A stretch of DNA of 63,600 nucleotides, filler included, from Piedraia hortae CBS 480.64 (Eukaryota), in NCBI GenBank assembly GCA_010093745.1. It is 3 parts of 3 records of this genome, joined end to end, with 100 filler letters (N's around TTAATTAATTAA, not from the genome) between each part and the next. Parts side by side here need not be neighbours in the genome. Positions count along the whole stretch, not along the records: positions 31,244 to 61,522 come from MU006056.1; positions 61,623 to 63,600 come from MU006085.1; 1 more part is not named here. The stretch is one strand, 5' to 3'. Shown in pieces: positions 58,379 through 63,600 of the stretch. The notes beneath the pieces are model-generated. The model saw only the letters and a list, made by a program, of their open reading frames with translations, ran no database searches and had not been told where the DNA came from. A program made the position numbers and the translations under genes. Each line of letters starts with the position of its first letter. Position 1 is the first letter of the stretch.

Positions 58379-59470
58379 TGCATGAACCCATCCAACGATG
58401 CTCTTGCCATTTTGAGAAAGGACACTAATGAGACTCCGGTCTTACTGACAAATCCATGTACAGGTCTTTTAGAACTACCACCTGCAGTTGCGCAATGAGC
58501 TGCACTACGGTGACGTTCGCCAAATATGAGCTACTCCCACTGTGACTCGATACATTTAGGAGCTTTTGCTTTTCGTGTACACTTTCTGTAGCAGCCATCG
58601 TGATATTCATTTCAATCTCCTCTCCACTACGTTTGAATGGCAGATACTGGTGCATAAACAGCATTCAATCTGACGCGCACAAAGAGCGCTTCGAATGAAG
58701 ACGGAACCTAGAATAGAACAGTCCCTGTTGAGCCGTCAGTCGACTGTCAAACGCACAGATGCCTGAGTCGCGGCCCCTTGTGACCCCTGGAAGGCGCAAC
58801 CACCAACTTCCCCAAGCTTGGCCGTGTTATTTTCGGCCATTACTGTGATTGAATAGATTGGACGGCAGGTGAAGACGCATCAGCTAAACGAAATATGCAA
58901 TTAAATCTCCTTGAGCCAAAATGACGCATTCTTTCCGTCTTTGATCATTGTGATCTTTGGAGAATGGCAACAAAGCCTGCATTGACACTGCCTGTGCACT
59001 TGGCCACAACAAGCCATCGTTTAGACCATCCTATTTCGGGAGATTCTGGCCTGTCCCATCTCGACTCGTACGACCGTCAAGACCGAAAGTCGTGTGCAAA
59101 TCCTTGGATCCCACTGCAGAGACTTGTGAGTCAAATAGACTGAACATGGCAAAGATGATCAAGTTGGCATCTGAAGGCTGCTCGAATTGACTTTTGGAGA
59201 AAGAAAAACCATACAGAATAGAAGCAAATGAGCCATGAATACCTCATGCCAAAGTGCCAACCGTGCATTGCCCGTTCTCAGCATGACTCCAGTAGTGGTT
59301 CGTGTGCATCTCTGCGGGAGGGAGAGTGGTTTGGGGACTTATAAGCCTTTCAGGCCACTCTCCCTCCAGAATCATCCTCCACAAGACTTTCGTTTACACA
59401 ACCAATTGCACATTCACTCGCTTTAACCAACTACCTTTGACAAAGTACATCCCAGAACTCTCACCACAAG

Positions 59471-61091
59471 ATGCGTTCGACTTTGCTCACCGCGGTCTTG
59501 GCCGCCAGTACCGCCTCTGCCCTTAATGTGCCAATCCCTGGGGCGAGTGGTGGAATGCCGGGCTTGCCTGGAGGCAGTGGAGGGCTCCCAGGCCTCTCTA
59601 ACCTGCCTGGACTCTCCAACCTGCCTGGACTCTCCAACCTGCCTGGACTCTCCAACCTTGGCTCTAAACTCCCGGGACTGGGCTCTGGTAGCCAGCCCGG
59701 TGCGTCGACCACCCAGCCTCAGAAGCGCCAAGGTTTGCCAGGACTTTCAGGATTGCCAGGCTTGCCTGGAGGCAGTGGAGGACTCCCGAGCCTCTCTAAC
59801 CTGCCTGGGCTCGGCAACCTTGCCTCTAAACTCCCGAAATTGGGCTCTGGCGGCCTTCCTGGTCTGTCTGGTTCGCCTGGCGCATCGACCACGCAGCCTC
59901 AGAAGCGACAAGGCTCCTACGGCTCCGGCAGTCCTTCAGGATACGGCAGCCCCTCTTCGAACAGCGGTAGCTCATCTCCTGCGGGTAGTGCTGCTCCTGC
60001 TGGAAGCGGTAGCCCTGCTCCTCCGACCGGCAGCGGTACCCCCTCCTCCAGTGGCAGCAACAGTGGAAGCGGTGGCGACTACCAGAGCAAGTGTCTTTCC
60101 GCCCACAACATTCATCGCGCCAACCACTCTGCTCCCGACATCACCTGGGATGAGGGCCTTGCTGCCACCGCTCAGAAGATCGCCGACTCCTGCAACTATG
60201 AGCACAATACTGAGATGGACGGCGGTGGGTACGGACAGAACATCGCCGCCGGATACACTGCGGACCAAATTGATGCAGTCATTACCAACGGCTTCTACAA
60301 CAGCGAAATGCCCCTGTTTGACTGCTATGGACAGGACAGCCCCCAAAACTACGAAGCCTGGGGCCATTTCACCCAGGTCGTCTGGAAAGGATCTACCAAG
60401 GTCGGCTGCGCAACAAAGGACTGCTCCGGCCAAGGTCTGCAGAACGCTGGTGGTTGCTCCCCTCACTTTACCGTCTGCAACTACAAGGCTCAAGGTGAGT
60501 TCATCCATACCGGGGGACAGACGACAAGGACGGCAAACGCTAACAATCTCAGGAAACATGATGGGCACATTTGCTGCCAACGTCGGCAAGCCCCTCGGCC
60601 ACCCCATGGTCACAGCAAAGGGACCCGGAGGTGATGATAGCGGTTCAAGCGGCTCGTCCGGAAGCGGGTCCCCGTCCGGCAGCGACTCCCCAGCTGGAAG
60701 CGGCTCGCCAAGCGGCTATGGCTCCCCATCCGGCAGCGGCTCGCCAAGCGGCTATGGCTCCCCATCCGGCAGCGGCTCGCCAAGCGGCTATGGCTCCCCA
60801 TCCGGCAGCGGCTCGTCCGGAAGCGACTCCCCATCCGGCAGCGGTTCGTCCGGAAGCGGCGACTCCCCATCCGGCAGCGGTTCGTCCGGAAGCGGCGACT
60901 CCCCATCCGGCAGCGGCTCGTCCGGAAGCGACTCACCGTACGGTAGCGGCTCATCCGGAAGCGACTCTCCGTCCGGAAGCTCTGGCAGCGGTTCGCCCAG
61001 CGGCTATGGCAACGGCGGTGATTCTGGAAGCTCCCCATCGGGTGGTTCGGACAGCGGCTCGCCTCAGGGATATGAATACTTCTCTGAATAG
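59471..61091 (+). CDS. Secreted CAP/SCP/PR-1 (Pry-like) protein with N-terminal LPGLSN repeats and Ser/Gly tail, about 520 aa, 2 exons
   Basis: Signal peptide MRSTLLTAVLAASTASA; CAP motifs HNIHRANH, YGQNIA, GHFTQVVWKGSTKVGCA, TVCNY. Intron 60495-60552 (GTGAGT...CTAAC...CAG) continues GNMMGTFAANV. Confidence 0.92.
59590..59660 (+). repeat. 18-bp coding tandem repeat (LPGLSN)n
   Basis: Repeated CTGCCTGGACTCTCCAAC units. Confidence 0.9.
60640..61010 (+). repeat. Coding minisatellite (GSPSGYGSPSGS / GSSGSGDSPSGS units)
   Basis: Near-identical 33-36 bp units such as GGCTCGCCAAGCGGCTATGGCTCCCCATCCGGCAGC. Confidence 0.9.
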
Positions 61092-61522
61092 ATGATGGGA
61101 TGGATTTAGATTATCGGTAGTTGTGGTATACTTCTTGGCAATTGGTCTTCATCATGACTGAAAATCCATGGACCTAGCCCAATGAGCAATGGGCATACAG
61201 CGTATGCCCATTGACCGGCACAAAAAGGCCTAGCATAATGAGCAAACATCGGCGGGCCCGCGATGTTTGAAAAAAATGTCTGGTCTAAAAAGACGTCAAA
61301 ATGATGGTAGAGTGCTCTAGAGTGTATGGAAAGGTGTTTTGGGAGATTCTGGAGGGGGTCGAAAAAATCCGCCTGCGATGTTTGCTTTCAGTTCGCCTAG
61401 GATGTTTGGTTTTTGCTGGACTTGTGGAGGCGAAATTTGAACAGGGTAATGAGATGGTCCCGATGCAGGTTAGGAAAAAAGTTGAGATGATTCTAGTGGT
61501 TGGATGGCGATATAGGCAGGCA

Positions 61523-61622
61523 NNNNNNNNNNNNNNNNNNNNNNNNNNNNNNNNNNNNNNNNNNNNTTAATTAATTAANNNNNNNNNNNNNNNNNNNNNN
61601 NNNNNNNNNNNNNNNNNNNNNN
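61523..61622. other. Artificial contig linker
   Basis: 44 N + TTAATTAATTAA + 44 N. Confidence 0.98.
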
Positions 61623-61649
61623 CATTGACGACGCGTGCCGACCTTCGCG

Positions 61650-62417
61650 TCAGTGCGCCATCGCCAGCACGGGCGGCGCAGCGATCATCCACAGCGCCAT
61701 CGCGACCATCATCAGGTTTTCGGTGAGCGAGATGAAGCCGAGCGGCACGTTGCTGTCCCCGCCCACGCACGCGCATTTCAGCTCACGCTTGTCGATGTAG
61801 ACGGCCTTGAACACCGACACCGCGCCGATCGTACCGATAACGAGCGCGACGGGCACCGACAGCCAGGTCAACGCGCCGGCTGCCATCAGGACGCCCGCCG
61901 CTCCTTCCGCGTAGGGATAGACATAGGAATAGGGCACCCAGCGCTTCGCGAGCAGATCGTAGTTGAGGAACATGCTCGAGAAGCTCTCGACGTTCTGGAG
62001 CTTGAGCATCGCCAGAGCGCACATCGAGAACGCGATGAACCATTCACCCGCCCGCACCGTGAAGGGCGTGCCGAGTACCGCATAGCTGGCGGCGAGCGCC
62101 ATCAGCGCCGTCATCGCGAACACGGCAATCACCGGGCGATAGGTGACGGCCTTGGGGTCGCGGACCATCTTGCCGAAGAAGCGGCGCAGATCGTCATAGC
62201 CGCCGACCCGCTCCCCGGCGATAAAGATCTGCGGGGTCGTCTTGACGCCGTGCGTCGCCTTGAAAGCGTCGGTTTCTTCCCGCGTCATCAGCCAATGGTC
62301 ATCGACCGCATAGCCTTCCCGGCGCAGAAGATCCTTCGCCTTCAGCCCGAAAGGGCAGGTATGTTCCGGCATCACCATCCGGTAGATCGTCGCCTGTTTG
62401 GCGGGGGCGCTCGCCAT
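61650..62417 (-). CDS. Bacterial glutaredoxin-domain + MauE/DoxX-family membrane protein fusion
   Basis: N-terminal Grx fold (TCPFG, TTPQIFIAGERVGGYDDL), followed by TM helices with YDLLAKRWVPYSYVYP and CACVGG...SLTEN. Confidence 0.88.
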   Translation of the reverse strand: MASAPAKQATIYRMVMPEHTCPFGLKAKDLLRREGYAVDDHWLMTREETDAFKATHGVKTTPQIFIAGERVGGYDDLRRFFGKMVRDPKAVTYRPVIAVFAMTALMALAASYAVLGTPFTVRAGEWFIAFSMCALAMLKLQNVESFSSMFLNYDLLAKRWVPYSYVYPYAEGAAGVLMAAGALTWLSVPVALVIGTIGAVSVFKAVYIDKRELKCACVGGDSNVPLGFISLTENLMMVAMALWMIAAPPVLAMAH

Positions 62418-62446
62418 GCCGCTTCTCCAATATCCTCGCCCCGCCT

Positions 62447-62477
62447 ATATAGGGTCCGTACCATAGTACGGAGTCAA
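62447..62477 (-). promoter_or_regulatory. MerR-type promoter/operator driving the Grx-MauE gene
   Basis: Minus strand: TTGACT (-35, 62477-62472), 19-bp spacer, CTATAT (-10, 62452-62447). Dyad TCCGTAC-N4-GTACGGA at 62455-62472. Confidence 0.9.
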
Positions 62478-62480
62478 GGC

Positions 62481-62885
62481 ATGACCGGCATGACGATCGC
62501 GGCGCTCGCGCGCGAGGGCGGCGTCGGCGTCGAAACGGTGCGCTACTATCAGCGTCGCGGTTTGCTGGACGAGCCAGACCGGCCGACCGGGGCTGGCGCC
62601 GGAGGCGGCATCCGGCGCTACGGCACCGATGACGCCCGCCGCCTTCGCTTCATCCGCTCGGCGCAGGCAGCCGGTTTCACGCTCGAGCAGATCGGTGAGC
62701 TTCTGGCGCTGGATGCGACCGACGATCGCGCCCGCGCGCGCCAGCTCGCGGGCGAGCGCATTGCCGAACTGGATGCGAAGATCGAGGAGCTTGAGCGGGT
62801 GCGCGCCTCGCTTCGCCGGCTCGCACATGAATGCGGGTCAGGAGCGGAGGGACCATGCCCGATCCTGACCGCCTTCGAGGGCTAG
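62481..62885 (+). CDS. MerR-family metal-responsive transcriptional regulator (134 aa)
   Basis: MTIAALAREGGVGVETVRYYQRRGLL (HTH), RLRFIRSAQAAGFTLEQIGELL, C-terminal ECGSGAEGPCPIL. Start at 62481 or 62490. Confidence 0.92.
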   Translation: MTGMTIAALAREGGVGVETVRYYQRRGLLDEPDRPTGAGAGGGIRRYGTDDARRLRFIRSAQAAGFTLEQIGELLALDATDDRARARQLAGERIAELDAKIEELERVRASLRRLAHECGSGAEGPCPILTAFEG

Positions 62886-63600
62886 CGGCACTCGACGGTC
62901 AGGTGCGCGATTTCATGAACCGGTGCGAGGCGGGCGCGGATATCGTCGCCGGTCACGCCCTGCCCGCCTACGACGCTGACGATCGCGGCGTGGGCTTCCG
63001 GACCGACGCGCCAGACATGAAGATCGGTGATACGCGCGTCGCCTGGCGCCTCGACCAACTCGCGCACTTCCTCCTCTACATGATGATCGGTCGCATCGAG
63101 CAACACGGACGCCGTGTCGCGCATCAGCGTCCATGACCAGCGCGCGATGACGATCGCACCGACGATGCCCATCACCGGATCCATCCACACCCAGCCGAGA
63201 TAGCGGCCCGCCAGCAGCGCGGCGATGGCGAGAACCGAGGTGAGCGCGTCGGCCAGGACATGGACATAGGCGGAGCGCATGTTGTTGTCACCGCCATGCG
63301 CGCCGTGCGCATGCCCGTGCCCGTGATGGTGGTCATGCCCGTGATGATGGTCGTGCCCGTGATGGTGCCCGCCCGAGAGCAGGAAGGCGCAGGCGATGTT
63401 CACGCCCAGACCGACCACCGCGATGAGCGTCGCTTCCCCGAATGCGACCGTGATCGGCTGAAACAGGCGAAGGATGGACTCGACACCGATCCCGAGCGCG
63501 ATCAGGCCCAGCACCATCGCCGACGCGAACCCGGCCAGGTCGCCGACCTTGCCCGTGCCGAAGCTATAGGCCCGGCTGGAGGCATGGCGCTTGGCATAGG
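62882..63600 (-). CDS. dmeF: CDF-family Co(II)/Ni(II) efflux transporter DmeF-like (5' end outside window)
   Basis: FGTGKVGDLAGFAS, His-rich loop, SAYVHVLADALTS, MDPVMGIVG, DLHVWRVG, HLTVE. Confidence 0.88.
   Translation of the reverse strand, partial: YAKRHASSRAYSFGTGKVGDLAGFASAMVLGLIALGIGVESILRLFQPITVAFGEATLIAVVGLGVNIACAFLLSGGHHHGHDHHHGHDHHHGHGHAHGAHGGDNNMRSAYVHVLADALTSVLAIAALLAGRYLGWVWMDPVMGIVGAIVIARWSWTLMRDTASVLLDATDHHVEEEVRELVEAPGDARITDLHVWRVGPEAHAAIVSVVGGQGVTGDDIRARLAPVHEIAHLTVECR

Noticed and set aside
59526..60552. Cys-rich N-terminal part of ORF 59526-61091
   Set aside because: Off-frame shadow of CAP exon 1. Only the part after the intron acceptor (60553 onward) is coding.
59560..61010. 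Repeat arrays as CRISPR-like
   Set aside because: Units are tandem, codon-multiple and in frame within the CAP gene, with no unique spacers.
61232..61275. Hammerhead ribozyme (ATGAG-stem-GAAA look-alike)
   Set aside because: The CUGANGA core and stems I/III are absent.
61635..62480. 416-aa ORF 61635-62885 as an extended MerR
   Set aside because: The upstream part is the antisense shadow of the Grx-MauE gene in high-GC DNA. The MerR domain starts at 62481/62490.
61523..63600. Horizontal transfer of bacterial metal-resistance genes into the fungus
   Set aside because: Separated from fungal DNA by an artificial linker, with no physical junction.

Overview
The window joins three unrelated contigs with two artificial 100-nt linkers (N44-TTAATTAATTAA-N44 at 31144-31243 and 61523-61622). 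Contigs 1 (1-31143) and 2 (31244-61522) come from a compact, intron-poor filamentous ascomycete (Dothideomycete-like, by inference). Contig 3 (61623-63600) is high-GC bacterial, Alphaproteobacteria-like DNA. Contig 1 carries LAA1/HEATR5, MAK16 and YME2 between two direct-oriented copies of a NACHT-WD40 NLR immune receptor, one intact and one pseudogene. It also holds a third, heavily decayed WD40 relic and a Clr5-domain gene that looks transposase-derived. The two main NLR copies share a perfect 391-bp tract within otherwise diverged sequence, and they differ mainly at WD40 surface positions. Contig 2 opens with about 4.5 kb of decayed coding-like DNA with weak, ordered resemblance to negative-strand RNA virus L-polymerase motifs. 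It continues with myosin II, a frameshifted acyltransferase-3, an inositol 5-phosphatase, an alpha/beta hydrolase, a CAP10/GT90 glycosyltransferase, ArgRS, two hypothetical genes, a Red1-like zinc-finger gene and a CAP/PR-1 protein with Kex2-delimited peptide repeats. Contig 3 encodes a glutaredoxin-MauE fusion behind a mer-type operator, a divergent two-Cys MerR-family regulator and a partial DmeF cation exporter. All calls were made by eye, without database searches.
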